Numbered from the stretch's first letter, positions 10,339 through 20,469 are shown. The stretch: DNA of 64,000 bases from Vulcanimicrobiota bacterium (GCA_963820825.1 CAWGBN010000005.1:32001-96000), one strand, 5' to 3'. The notes: generated from the letters alone by a model not told the origin. A program made the numbers and translations.

Positions 10339-11559
10339 TTGGTCTACGTTATCGCGGCCATGGCAATCGTTCTGCTCGGTCTGCGGCCGTGGCGTCTGTC
10401 GAGCTGGATCTGGCCGGTCGCAGGCGCGCTGCTTGCCGTTCTAATCGGCGACGAGCCTCTTCGCGCGGCGGCCGAAGCGATCGGGCGGCAATGGAACGTG
10501 CTGCTCTTCATTCTCGGACTAATGGCGCTTTCGGCAGCCGCCGAGGAGAGCGGTGCGTTCGAGTGGATCACCCATCGCGTCCTCGAGCTCGCGCGCGGCT
10601 CGCAGCAGCGGCTCTTCGTCTATCTTTTCTTGACCGGCGCCGTGGTCACGATCGTGCTCTCGAACGACGCGACGGCGATCGCACTGACGCCGATCGTCTA
10701 TCGCGCGGTCGTCAAGCAAGGACGCATATCGCCCGAACCATTTCTCTATGCATGCGTCTTCGTGGCGAACGCCGCATCGTTCGGATTACCGTTTTCCAAT
10801 CCGGCCAACGTCCTGATCCTGCCGCACGCGTCGCTCGGGGAGTACGTGCGTCACCTCGGACCACCGCAGGTCGCGGCAATCGCGATCAATCTCGCCGTCC
10901 TGCTCTTCTTCTTCCGCCGCGAGCTGCGCGGAGGCTACACGGTTCCCGAGCCCATTCCAGCCGGCGCCCGCACGATTCGGACGCTGTCCGCGCTGCTTGC
11001 CATCGCCGCCGCGTACGTCGCCGCTCTGCTGCAGGGATGGCCGCTCGGCCCGGTGGCGGCCGTAGCCAGCGTGGCGGTGGCAGCCGTCGCCGCGGTGCCG
11101 CCGCAGAGCCTCGCCCGCCGGATCTCGTGGGGGACGTTTGCGCTGCTCGCCGGACTCTTCGTGCTGCTCGATGCGGTGACGCGCGCAGGCTTCACGCAAT
11201 GGGCGCTCGCGCAGCTCGAGGCCGCCTCCCAATACGGCAACCTGGCGCTCGAGGCAATCGCCGCCGGTGGTGCGGCGCTGATCTCCAACGCACTTAACAA
11301 CTTGCCCGTCGCGGTCGCGTCGTCGTACGTCGTGGCGCACGCCTCGACGGCGCATCTTGCCTACGCACTCATACTCGGCGTCGACGTCGGCCCGAATTTG
11401 ATCACGACGGGATCGCTCGCGACGATCCTGTGGCTCTCCGTACTTCGCGGTTACGGCGTGCGGGTGAGCCGAAGGAAGTACTTTCGGCTCGGTCTCGTCC
11501 TCGCGCCGTCAACGCTGCTCGCCGGTGTGCTCTGGCTGTGGATCTTGGGGCGGCCCTAG
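10339..11559 (+). CDS. ArsB/NhaD (SLC13-like) anion permease
   Basis: LSNDATAIALTP, PFSNPAN, NNLP, GPNLITTGSLATILW; many TM segments. Confidence 0.85.
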   Translation: MVYVIAAMAIVLLGLRPWRLSSWIWPVAGALLAVLIGDEPLRAAAEAIGRQWNVLLFILGLMALSAAAEESGAFEWITHRVLELARGSQQRLFVYLFLTGAVVTIVLSNDATAIALTPIVYRAVVKQGRISPEPFLYACVFVANAASFGLPFSNPANVLILPHASLGEYVRHLGPPQVAAIAINLAVLLFFFRRELRGGYTVPEPIPAGARTIRTLSALLAIAAAYVAALLQGWPLGPVAAVASVAVAAVAAVPPQSLARRISWGTFALLAGLFVLLDAVTRAGFTQWALAQLEAASQYGNLALEAIAAGGAALISNALNNLPVAVASSYVVAHASTAHLAYALILGVDVGPNLITTGSLATILWLSVLRGYGVRVSRRKYFRLGLVLAPSTLLAGVLWLWILGRP

Positions 11560-11617
11560 CAGCCCCCGCATCGCTCAGGCTTCGCAATAACAGCGTGCGC
11601 GCATACGCTTGCCCTCT

Positions 11618-12496
11618 TCACCCTTCGTCTTCGAGCCAATCCCGCGTAAGGTAGAGCCAGAACGCAAGGCCTGCGTAGCGGCCGTAACGGGCGAAGGCGC
11701 GGCGAATCGTCGAGTCGGCGGCTTGTTTCTTGCCGGCGAGACGGCGATATTTCGGCCGCGTCCAAGAATCGAGCACCAAGGAGCGATGGCGGCCGAGCAG
11801 CTGCATAACGTGCGCCGATCCGTACGGACCGATCCCCGGCAGCGCCAGCAGCCGTTCGTCCACGTCGGAGTCGGGATAACGCGTCGCGTCGACGAGCGAT
11901 TCCAAATCGAGCTCTCCGGCGGCGACCGCGCGAGCGATCGTGCGCACGTACGGCCCGCGGTATCCCATTCGAGCAACGTCGCGGTACCAGGACTCCGGCG
12001 TCGCGGCGAGTCTCGTTGCCTCGGGGAACGCCCCTTCGCCGAGCTCGACAAGCGCGCGCGTCATCCGAATCGTTGCCGACCAGGCACAGTTCGTCGTGCA
12101 AATGGTCTTGATCACATCCTCGAAGACGGTCGGACCTGCGAGGATGCGACCCGCTCCGCGTGCCGCCCATCCCATCGCCGCGTCGCCGGCGATCTGCGCG
12201 TAGAACTCCGAGAGATCGTCGTCGAGCCGAAACATCCGCGCCACCGTCGCCTCTAACGAGGCCGCCTCCGCGCGTCGCGGCGCCGACGGGCTCTCGACGA
12301 CGAGCATCCCCGAGCATTCGCTCATGACCGCATCGATCAGCCGCGTGCCGATACGAAAACGGCGGCGATAGGCCGGGGGCGAGGCCAGCACCTCGGCGGG
12401 CGGCAAGCGTGCGCAGCCGTGAGAATGGATCGTGCGCAAGAACGAGATCGGCTCGCCGCCCGCACCGCGCAGCGGCAGCTTGCAGACGACCTTCAC
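11618..12496 (-). CDS. HhH-GPD superfamily DNA glycosylase (AlkA/OGG1-like)
   Basis: FEDVIKTICTTNCAW and HhH motif LLALPGIGPY. Confidence 0.8.
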   Translation of the reverse strand: MKVVCKLPLRGAGGEPISFLRTIHSHGCARLPPAEVLASPPAYRRRFRIGTRLIDAVMSECSGMLVVESPSAPRRAEAASLEATVARMFRLDDDLSEFYAQIAGDAAMGWAARGAGRILAGPTVFEDVIKTICTTNCAWSATIRMTRALVELGEGAFPEATRLAATPESWYRDVARMGYRGPYVRTIARAVAAGELDLESLVDATRYPDSDVDERLLALPGIGPYGSAHVMQLLGRHRSLVLDSWTRPKYRRLAGKKQAADSTIRRAFARYGRYAGLAFWLYLTRDWLEDEG

Positions 12497-12503
12497 GCCG
12501 AGC

Positions 12504-12968
12504 TTACGCTACGTAGGAGATGTTGACGGCGACGCCGGCTGCGGCCGCGCGCATCAGCACGCCGTATACCTCGTCGAGCTCGCGCTCGATCGAGGCGATC
12601 TCGTGAGCGCTGACGCGAAAACGCGCGGCGTTGAGCCAGAGGATGCTGCGCGCGCGTTCGAGCACGCTGTGCAGCCGTTCCGGCGTCGCCTCGAGCACCG
12701 GCCAATCCAGATCGCCCTGTGCGGGTACGACGCGCCAGCCCGGCCCCGAGACGTACGAGACTTCTTCCTCGGCACCGAGGGCGTGCGGAACGGCTGCAAG
12801 GACGTCGACGGCCTCTTGATCGGCCAGCGAAAGCGGCAGCCCGAGCTCGCCGAGTCGCAGGATATAGCGAAAGAACGAGGCGCTCCCCACCGTGTACGCC
12901 CCCGCCGGTGAAGCGACGTTCACGTGGATCAGATCGAGTTCCGGGCGCTCGCCCGCGGGGCCGGTCAT
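12504..12968 (-). CDS. hypothetical protein
   Basis: Compact ORF tightly spaced between mdh and the glycosylase gene on the same strand. Confidence 0.65.
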   Translation of the reverse strand: MTGPAGERPELDLIHVNVASPAGAYTVGSASFFRYILRLGELGLPLSLADQEAVDVLAAVPHALGAEEEVSYVSGPGWRVVPAQGDLDWPVLEATPERLHSVLERARSILWLNAARFRVSAHEIASIERELDEVYGVLMRAAAAGVAVNISYVA

Positions 12969-12973
12969 GCCCC

Positions 12974-13969
12974 TTAGTTCGCGAGTATTAGGCCGAGTTC
13001 TTTGACGGCGTCGCGCTCCTTGCGTAGCTCCTCGAGGGTAGCGGCGATCTTTGCCTGCCCGAACGCATCGTGCTCGAGCCCTTCGACGATCCGGGAGACT
13101 CCGTCATCCGTGCGCGAGGGAAACGAGAAGATCAGGCCGGGATCGACGCCGTACTCGCCGTGGGAGCAGCGCCCGACCGAATAGTACTCGTCGGGCGGCG
13201 TATCGTGGGTGAGATTGTGGACGCCGACGATTGCGGCGTTCGCGGCCGAGGCTGCCGACGACGCACCCCGCGTCTTGATGACCTCGGCACCGCGGTTCTG
13301 TACCGTTGTAATGAAATCGTTCTCGAGCCAGTTGCGATCGGCGACGACGTCGTGGGCGGCACGGCCGCCGATGCGCGCGTGCGCGAAATCCGGGAACTGC
13401 GTGGTGGAATGATTCCCCCAGATCGCCATCTGTGATATCTCCGAGATGTCGATCCCCGCTTTGCGCGCGAGTTGCGCCCGGGCGCGCAGCTCGTCCAGAG
13501 TAGTCATCGCGAAGAACCGGTCGCGGGGAACCGCGGGCGCGTTATTCATTGCAATGAGGCAGTTCGTGTTTGCCGGATTTCCCACCACGAAGACCTGCAC
13601 GTCGGCCGCGGCGCGCTCGTTGATCGCGCGTCCTTGCTCGGTGAAGATCTGGCCGTTGACGCGTAAGAGATCCGAGCGTTCCATCCCGGCTTTGCGCGGA
13701 ACGGCTCCCACGAGAATCGCCCAGTTGATCCCGTGCATCGCTTCCCGCACGTCCGATCCGAGCCACACGCTCTTGAGCAGCGGGAAGGCAGCGTCTTCCA
13801 GCTCCATTACGACTCCGGCGAGCGCTCCGAGCGCCGGTTCGAGTTCGAGAAGCCGGAACTCGAGCTCGGTGTCGGGTCCGAACATCTGACCCGAGGCCAT
13901 TCGAAAGACGAGCGCATATCCGATCTGCCCGGCCGCGCCGGTTACCGCTACTCTAATTCGTTTCTTCAC
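12974..13969 (-). CDS. mdh: malate dehydrogenase (cytosolic/dimeric type)
   Basis: [33 protein letters not shown]. Confidence 0.97.
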   Translation of the reverse strand: MKKRIRVAVTGAAGQIGYALVFRMASGQMFGPDTELEFRLLELEPALGALAGVVMELEDAAFPLLKSVWLGSDVREAMHGINWAILVGAVPRKAGMERSDLLRVNGQIFTEQGRAINERAAADVQVFVVGNPANTNCLIAMNNAPAVPRDRFFAMTTLDELRARAQLARKAGIDISEISQMAIWGNHSTTQFPDFAHARIGGRAAHDVVADRNWLENDFITTVQNRGAEVIKTRGASSAASAANAAIVGVHNLTHDTPPDEYYSVGRCSHGEYGVDPGLIFSFPSRTDDGVSRIVEGLEHDAFGQAKIAATLEELRKERDAVKELGLILAN

Positions 13970-14026
13970 GCTGTTCCATTTCGCTAGGAGAAGTGGCGCT
14001 CATCTGAGGCGAAGGCAACGACGCCG

Positions 14027-15295
14027 ATGAAGAGCTTCAGCGGAACCGATCGCCCGCAGGCATCTATCTACGATACCTGCATCAGGTGCGGTCTCTGTCT
14101 GCCCTCCTGCCCCACCTATCTCGAGACTATGACAGAAACCTCGGGGCCCCGCGGCCGCATTAGTCTCATCAAAGCCGTCGGCGAATCCCGGCTCGATCTC
14201 TTGAGCGACGGCTTCGTCGAGCAGATGTGGCAGTGTCTCGATTGCCGCGCTTGCGAGGCGGTCTGTCCCTCCGGCGTCCGGTACGGCCAACTCGTCGAGA
14301 GCGCGCGCGCGCAGATTCGCCAGGCGCAGGATTCGGGCGACGGCTCACGCGAGGAGAGCGCGCACGGACGCTTAGTCCGTGCGCTCTTTCGCCGGCCGGA
14401 GCTGATGCGCGCAGCCGCCGCGGCCCTGCGCTTTCTGCAGCGCACGCATCTCACCGCATTTGCCGGTCTCTTCGGTCTCGGGCGCGCCGCGCGGCTCGCC
14501 CCGCGGATCTCCGACTCGTTCTTCAGCGCCCGCGGTCAACGGTTCGAGGCGCCGGCGCAGCGGGGCGTTGCCCTTCTCCACGTCGGCTGCATCATGGGCG
14601 TCGCATTTGCCGACGTACATCGTGCGACGGTACGAATGCTGCAGCGTGCGGGATTATCGGTCGTGATCCCGCAGGGTCAAGGCTGTTGCGGAGCGATCGC
14701 GGTGCACGACGGTGCTCCCGACTTTGCCCGCGAACTCGCCAAGCGAAATATCGAGGCGTACGAACAGAGCGGCGCCGACGTTTACGTTGTGAACGCCGCC
14801 GGTTGCGGAAGCGCGCTCAAAGAGTACGGTGAGCTCTTTGGTGACGATCCCGTCTGGGAGGCGCGCGCGCGGAGCTTCGCCGCGCGAGTGCGAGACGTCA
14901 CCGAGGTTCTCGACGCACTCGATCTCGGCGAGCCTGAGAGACCGGTCGAGGCAGCGGTGACCTATCAGGACGCCTGTCATCTCGTCCACGCGCAGCGCGT
15001 CGCGGGTGCGCCGCGGCGGCTCTTGAAGCGAATTCCCGGCTTACGACTGGTCGAGATGGACGAGAGCGCGCTCTGTTGCGGGAGTGCCGGAATTTACAAC
15101 CTCACGCAGCCTGCAATGGCAGATCGCCTCCAGAAGCGTAAGGTCGATGCGATCGTGCGCACGGGCGCAACGATCGTGGCGACGGCGAATCCGGGTTGCG
15201 CGATGCAGATTGGTGCCGGATTACGCGAGGCGCGCTATCGTGCGACCGTCAAGCACGTCGTCGAACTGCTCGACGAAGCCTACCGACGTAGTTAA
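14027..15295 (+). CDS. glcF: glycolate oxidase Fe-S subunit-like (2x4Fe-4S plus CCG domains)
   Basis: CIRCGLCLPSCPTY, CLDCRACEAVCPSG, GCCGA, YQDACHL, CCGSAG, TANPGC. Confidence 0.88.
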   Translation: MKSFSGTDRPQASIYDTCIRCGLCLPSCPTYLETMTETSGPRGRISLIKAVGESRLDLLSDGFVEQMWQCLDCRACEAVCPSGVRYGQLVESARAQIRQAQDSGDGSREESAHGRLVRALFRRPELMRAAAAALRFLQRTHLTAFAGLFGLGRAARLAPRISDSFFSARGQRFEAPAQRGVALLHVGCIMGVAFADVHRATVRMLQRAGLSVVIPQGQGCCGAIAVHDGAPDFARELAKRNIEAYEQSGADVYVVNAAGCGSALKEYGELFGDDPVWEARARSFAARVRDVTEVLDALDLGEPERPVEAAVTYQDACHLVHAQRVAGAPRRLLKRIPGLRLVEMDESALCCGSAGIYNLTQPAMADRLQKRKVDAIVRTGATIVATANPGCAMQIGAGLREARYRATVKHVVELLDEAYRRS

Positions 15296-15666
15296 AGCGC
15301 CGCGCTTACGCGTCCGCGGTCGCTCTGCGCATCCTCCAACGTGTGGTAGACGGCAAAGACCGCGATCAGGCCTGTGATGTTGAGCAGGCGCAGGATCGGC
15401 CCTTCGCTTACGACGAGCCGCAACGAACCGCCGCGCTCGGCGGCGCGCCGGTGCGCTCCGATCAAGACGCCGAGTCCGGTCGAATCCAAGAACTCGAGCT
15501 GCGTGAGGTCGACGATGAGATCTTGCGTCCCCGTTTCGGTCGCTTCGCTCAGCGCGGCGCGAACCGTCGGGGCAGTGGCGAGGTCGAGGCTTCCGCGCAG
15601 CTTGAAAAGGAGACGAGCGCCGTCCTCGTCGCTCTTAAAATCGATATGCAGCTCATCGTGCGTCAT
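15292..15666 (-). CDS. STAS-domain anti-sigma factor antagonist
   Basis: GSLDLATAP and LEFLDSTGLGVL (phosphoacceptor Ser motif). Confidence 0.92.
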   Translation of the reverse strand: MTHDELHIDFKSDEDGARLLFKLRGSLDLATAPTVRAALSEATETGTQDLIVDLTQLEFLDSTGLGVLIGAHRRAAERGGSLRLVVSEGPILRLLNITGLIAVFAVYHTLEDAQSDRGRVSAAL

Positions 15667-15726
15667 CTTCGCGGCTGCCCATTCGCGCCTCGAAAGGCCC
15701 TGGCCTTGAATTCGAGCGGGACGTGC

Positions 15727-16656
15727 CTATACGAATCGCGCCGCATCGTCGTCCCAGCGCGTCAGGCTCTCGGGCAAGAGCCGAACGCCCCCAATCCAGC
15801 GATCGATCCGGTGGCGTTCGAGCCAATCTCCGTCGCCGGCAAGGACGCGACGCCCCAACACCGTCGGAACGAGCGTGCCCTCTTCTTCTTCAATCAAGGC
15901 GCTTTCGCCGGCGGAGAGGTCTTGGAGAATTCGTTCGAAGATGCTTTCGCCGAGGAAGTAGGTCTCTTCGCGTGCCTGCGCGCGAGCGAAGAGCTCCTCG
16001 GGTCGCCCGGGCCCTTGCGCGACGGCGTAGAGTGCCTGTCGTTCCGAGCGCGAAAGGCCGTCACGCTTCCACGGGTATTCTTCGCAGAGCCGCTGGAGCG
16101 CCGCCCGCAGGTACGGAAGCCCGATCGCGTCCTCGCCGGCCGCGGCGTAGAGATCGTTCGGCGAAGCCGAGGTGAAGCGCTCCCAGGAACGCCGCGCCGA
16201 CTTGAAGATGGCCGGCGTTGCAGTCCGCCGCTTCGAAAAGAGCGGGAGTATCTCGTCGACGGTCATGTTGGCCAAGTAATGGTCGCACTGAACGACCGCG
16301 ACTCGACCGGGCGCGAGCTCGAGTTCTTCCAGCGCCGTCAGCGTTTGCAGCACCTGGAGTTGATCGAAGAGATCGTGCTCGAACCAGAGGACGACCTCGT
16401 CGAATTCGCCGGCGCGGCGAATCTGTTCGTCGCGCCGCGCGAATTCGTGAATCAGTTTTATTGGGTTGCCGTACCCGCGCTGCGCCAAGTACTGCGCGCG
16501 CAGCGCGCTCGTCTCTTCGAGAGAGAGGCCGGCTGGAACGGGACCCTCGTTGAGCGCGTCGCGCCACGCAAGGTGCGTCCCCGGCAGACCGGCCTTCTTG
16601 AGCAGGTAGAGCGCGCCATCGCCGTTGGTTACGTGGAGCGTCGCGGAACGCGCCAG
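15727..16656 (-). CDS. DUF1835-family protein, apparent CTG start
   Basis: Frame stays open upstream of the TTG at 16488 to CTG 16656, adding LHVTNGD...WRDALNEGPVP; downstream VLWFEHDLFDQLQ. Confidence 0.8.
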   Translation of the reverse strand: MARSATLHVTNGDGALYLLKKAGLPGTHLAWRDALNEGPVPAGLSLEETSALRAQYLAQRGYGNPIKLIHEFARRDEQIRRAGEFDEVVLWFEHDLFDQLQVLQTLTALEELELAPGRVAVVQCDHYLANMTVDEILPLFSKRRTATPAIFKSARRSWERFTSASPNDLYAAAGEDAIGLPYLRAALQRLCEEYPWKRDGLSRSERQALYAVAQGPGRPEELFARAQAREETYFLGESIFERILQDLSAGESALIEEEEGTLVPTVLGRRVLAGDGDWLERHRIDRWIGGVRLLPESLTRWDDDAARFV

Positions 16657-17809
16657 TTAAAAGGCTCCGATGCCGTTGGGCGATCCCCAACCGCCTTCAT
16701 ACGAGTAGCTCTTGAAGAGACACGACGGCGTGCAGACGTTATTGAGGTGCTTATGGTGCTTGCGGTTCCAGAAGGTCCGCCCGCCCTTCTGCGCCGCCGC
16801 ATTTCCCGCCAGACCGAAGACGCCGGCGAGCAGCGGCGATGAGACGCTCGTGCCGCCGACGGTGAACCACCCGCCGTAGCCATAGGTGTTATATTCGGCA
16901 ACCTGCCACGCGACCGCCGACGCATCGCCGACTGCGCGCCCGCTGCAGAACGTGTCGTGCTGCCATTTCGGCTTGTGTATCGTCGTCGCACAGCCGCCGC
17001 CCGCGCCGTCCCAGAGACTCTCGCTATACTTCGAACCGCTCTTTGCGAGTACCGTACCGCCGATTGCCGCAACGTCATCGAAGGCAGCCGGGGCGGTCAC
17101 CTGACCCAAACCCGAGTCGCCCGTCGACGCGAGATACTCGACGCCGGGCTTACTGAAGTGTTTCTTGTCGAGGCAGGTGACCGAGTTGCCGCAGCCCCAA
17201 CTGTTGCTGATGATGTGGGCGCCGAGCTTCACCGCTTCGTCCTCTGCGGTTTGGAGATCGCTCGAGTTGGAGCTGTTCGCCTCGACGAGATAGACCGTGC
17301 AGAGCGGACAGGTCGCCGATGCCATCTGAACGTCCAGGTCGATTTCGACTCCCCAGCCGACGCTGCCGGATGGATAGTTCGACGTCTGTCCCTTCTGGTT
17401 GTACTTCGTGAAGCTCCCGGTTCCTAACCCAAACTGCGAGCGATAGACCGCAAGGTCGGAAGCGACGTTCGGATTGTCATACGCGTCGACGATTGCGACG
17501 ATCTGCCCGGCACCCTTCGTGCTCGACGGAAGCTTGTAGCGCGCCTGAAAGTCGGCGGGCGCCCATCCCGCGACGTCGCGCTCCACTTTTGAAATTGAGA
17601 ATCACTGCGTAGCAGGTGATCTCATCCCGGCGCGTCTGCGGACATGCCGGATGCGCCTCACCTTTTGCCTGCCATTGCGGCATCGAGCCTGCTCCGGCCG
17701 CGCTCGACTGCGGCGCGCCCCCGACGAGCGACGCAGAGCCGCAGCCCGCAAGCACCGCGGCAGCAAAAGTGAGGACGGCGGCATAACGTCCCGACGGCAA
17801 GAGTGTCAT
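16657..17809 (-). CDS. subtilisin/sedolisin-like (S8/S53) lipoprotein peptidase (one frameshift ~17587-17595)
   Basis: Lipobox LAGC in the N-terminal frame; AIVDAYD, EIDLDVQ, SNSWG, GGTSVSSP in the second frame. Confidence 0.85.
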
Positions 17810-17928
17810 TGGAAGGCTCCTTCGTTCAACGGTTGTGTATCGGCGAGTTCCTGGGTCGCAACTCCCACGCGTTCGGCCATCGCTCCTTGCACGAACGAGC
17901 ACCTCGGCACGGCATTTCTGCGGCTCCG

Positions 17929-17952
17929 TGTCACCCTGAGCCTGTCGAAGGG
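17929..17952. repeat. REP-like repeat TGTCACCCTGAGCCTGTCGAAGGG
   Basis: Same termini as the element at 60178-60220 in opposite orientation. Confidence 0.7.
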
Positions 17953-17987
17953 CGAACCAACGCATGGCGGAGTCAAAGTCCGCTGCC
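17953..17987 (-). repeat. 35-bp exact copy of internal tRNA-Gln segment
   Basis: Identical to 18117-18151 (anticodon arm through T loop). Confidence 0.9.
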
Positions 17988-18100
17988 CCTTTCCCCGAAG
18001 CGCGTGGCACTTTGGAGACCCCACAAGTTGAACTTCCGCTTCGGCGCTCCGCGCCTGCGCTGCGGTAAGGCAAGCGTCCTTTTGACTCCGCTCAGCAATC

Positions 18101-18172
18101 CTGGGGTGGCTGGATTCGAACCAACGCATGGCGGAGTCAAAGTCCGCTGCCTTACCGCTTGGCTACACCCCA
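18101..18172 (-). tRNA. tRNA-Gln(TTG), CCA not encoded
   Basis: TGGGGTG/CACCCCA acceptor stem, GCGGA-CTTTGAC-TCCGC anticodon arm, GGTTCGAATCC T arm. Confidence 0.97.
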
Positions 18173-18278
18173 CCGGTCGGTCGTAGCTTCTACGCGAGGG
18201 TAGTTTTACTCATCGGAGGAGAAAAAGCAAGCGCCGCCGATTCGGCAGCGCTTAGTTGCTTTGGCGCGGGATCGGCGT

Positions 18279-18893
18279 CTAACGCGTGGCGATGAGTCGC
18301 TTCGCGCCGACGTACCGTGCGGCCCAGTAGGAATCGGAGAGATGGCTTACCATGACGCCGTGGCTCGAGCTCGCATGGACGAACTCGCCTCGTCCGAGGT
18401 AGATTCCGACATGCGAAACGCCGCCGTAGGTATCGAAAAAGACTAAGTCACCGGCGCGTGGACCGCCCACCGCCGGTCTCCCGAAATCGTACTGTGCGTC
18501 CGCGGTGCGCGGCAGATCGATTCCCAGCATCGCAAAGACGTGCTGGACGAAGCCGGAGCAATCGAACCCCGAGGCCGTCGTTCCGCCGAAGACGTACGGT
18601 ACGCCGAGGAACTGCAGTGCACTGCCGGTAAGGCGCTGCGCGATCTTCGAAGCCCGGGCGAGGATACCGCCCGCGAACCGGTCCATGTTGCCGTGGTGCC
18701 GAGCCGGGGCATGAACGATCAGCCGCGAGGTCCATTCCGCGACGTCGGGGCTCAGGGTTTGGGCGCTCACCGCCCGGGACGAACCAGTGTAGTCGAGTTG
18801 GGGTAGGGTGCTGGTGGTGGTCTCGGCTCTCGCCACAAGACTCGAGCCGGCGAACAATAGGGCAAACGCCCCGACAACTAGCACATGACGCAA
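18279..18893 (-). CDS. NlpC/P60 (C40) cell-wall endopeptidase
   Basis: GVPYVFGG...FDCSGF, GDLVFF, SHVGIYLG..FVHAS; signal peptide; GAGGAG RBS 7 nt before TTG 18893. Confidence 0.93.
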   Translation of the reverse strand: MRHVLVVGAFALLFAGSSLVARAETTTSTLPQLDYTGSSRAVSAQTLSPDVAEWTSRLIVHAPARHHGNMDRFAGGILARASKIAQRLTGSALQFLGVPYVFGGTTASGFDCSGFVQHVFAMLGIDLPRTADAQYDFGRPAVGGPRAGDLVFFDTYGGVSHVGIYLGRGEFVHASSSHGVMVSHLSDSYWAARYVGAKRLIATR

Positions 18894-18910
18894 GAGACAA
18901 CTCCTCTTCC

Positions 18911-19032
18911 ACGACACTTGCGGGGTTAGTTGACGGGTTCGGACGGGAAAGAATCGCCCTAGGGCCGACCGGCCCATTCACCCCTACCGGGATATCCCCC
19001 GCTCGAGACTTACGTCCCGACTCAGTGACTGC
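18911..19032 (-). promoter_or_regulatory. c-di-AMP (ydaO/yuaA-class) riboswitch
   Basis: Sense strand carries the hallmark motifs ACTGAGTC...GGGGGA...GGGGTGAAT...TAGGG...CCGAACCCGTCAACTAACCCCGCAAGT directly upstream of a peptidoglycan hydrolase RBS. Confidence 0.9.
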
Positions 19033-19104
19033 TTATAGGCAGATGTGGCGGCGCTTCGGCATTATGCCGGGGCGCCCTTCCACGCGCCGGATGAACCTCC
19101 GATT

Positions 19105-20469
19105 TTACTCTGGGTACGTTGAGACGAAGCGCACGACCTCCTGCTCGATTCGCTCGGCAACCAAGCCGGCCAGCCGCTCGACCATCTCGCGATCGTCGCC
19201 CTCGGCCATTATCCGGATCAGGGGCTCCGTGCCCGAGGCGCGCACGAAAATTCGTCCGGACTCGCCCAACTCGACCTGCGCCGCCGCGATTGCGTCGACG
19301 ACGGACGCCGCGTCGAGCACTTCGCGACGACTCGTTCGTACGTTGACGAGGATCTGCGGCGCGTACACGACTTCGCGCACGAGTTCGTGGAGCGTCGCGC
19401 CGGTTCTCGCCATCAGATCGAGCACAGTGATCGCGGTACGCGGACCGTCGCCGGTGGTGTTGTAACGGAAGTCGATGACGTGACCCGATTGCTCGCCGCC
19501 GAGCGCGTATCCGCCGGCACGCATCGCCTCGAGCACGTACCGGTCTCCGACCGCGGCGCGAATCAACGAAATGCCATGCTTGCGAAGGGCACGTTCGAAA
19601 CCGACGTTGCTCATCTGCGTCGCGACGATCACATCTCCCGCAAGCTCGCCGCGCGCGTGCATCGCGCATCCAAGGGCAAAGAGCACGTGATCGCCCGTGA
19701 TGATGATTCCCCGCTCGTCGACGAAGAGCGCGCGATCCGCGTCCCCGTCGAATGCGACCCCGACGACCCGATCCTCGCCCGATGCGATTCGATCGCTAAC
19801 GGCCGCCTGCAGGGCCGCGAGATCGGTCGCGCCGGAAGCGACGTTGATACGCGCTCCATCGGCTTCACAGTTCATCTCGGTGACCGTCGCGCCAAGTTTA
19901 CGCAGCGCGTAGGGCGCGACTGCATAGGCGGCGCCGAAGCCGCCGTCCACGACGACGTGCAGGCCGCTCAGATCGGTCACACCGTCGTAGAGCTCGCGGT
20001 AATAATACCGCCCGAGATTCTGCGCCACACGCGCGGTACCGACCGCAATGCCGTCCGGACGCGGTAGATCCTCCGCAATGAGCGCCGCCTCCACGCGATC
20101 CTCCAGTTCGTCGGAGAACTTGAAACCGTCGGGTCCGAAGAATTTGAGCCCGTTGTCTTCGATCGGATTGTGCGAGGCGCTGATCACGACGCCGGCCGCC
20201 GCGCCGGCCGCGCGCGTAACGCACGCGACGGCGGGCGTCGGAACGATCCCGATGGAGATTGCGTCGTGGCCGACGGAGGTGACGCCCGCAATCAACGCGG
20301 CCTCGAGCATCGTGCCCGAAACCCGCGTATCGCGTCCGACGACGATTGGGCCGCGGCCCTCGATCGGCAGTACGCTCGCGGCGGCTCGGCCGATCTGCAT
20401 CGCCAGTTCCGGCGTTAGTTCCCGATTCGCTACGCCGCGAATGCCGTCGGTTCCAAAAAGGCGGCTCAT
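19105..20469 (-). CDS. glmM: phosphoglucosamine mutase
   Basis: LFGTDGIRG, ISASHNP, FDGDADR, GGEQSGH, RASGTEP. Confidence 0.97.
   Translation of the reverse strand: MSRLFGTDGIRGVANRELTPELAMQIGRAAASVLPIEGRGPIVVGRDTRVSGTMLEAALIAGVTSVGHDAISIGIVPTPAVACVTRAAGAAAGVVISASHNPIEDNGLKFFGPDGFKFSDELEDRVEAALIAEDLPRPDGIAVGTARVAQNLGRYYYRELYDGVTDLSGLHVVVDGGFGAAYAVAPYALRKLGATVTEMNCEADGARINVASGATDLAALQAAVSDRIASGEDRVVGVAFDGDADRALFVDERGIIITGDHVLFALGCAMHARGELAGDVIVATQMSNVGFERALRKHGISLIRAAVGDRYVLEAMRAGGYALGGEQSGHVIDFRYNTTGDGPRTAITVLDLMARTGATLHELVREVVYAPQILVNVRTSRREVLDAASVVDAIAAAQVELGESGRIFVRASGTEPLIRIMAEGDDREMVERLAGLVAERIEQEVVRFVSTYPE

Noticed and set aside
15343..16842. 499-aa + strand ORF and similar long antisense ORFs across the window
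   Set aside because: Shadow ORFs opposite well-supported genes in high-GC DNA, with no recognisable motifs.
9392..18172. Genomic island from the recombinase to tRNA-Gln with att repeats
   Set aside because: The tRNA copy is internal and only ~160 bp from the tRNA; the recombinase is Xer-like and the intervening genes (mdh, glcF) are housekeeping.
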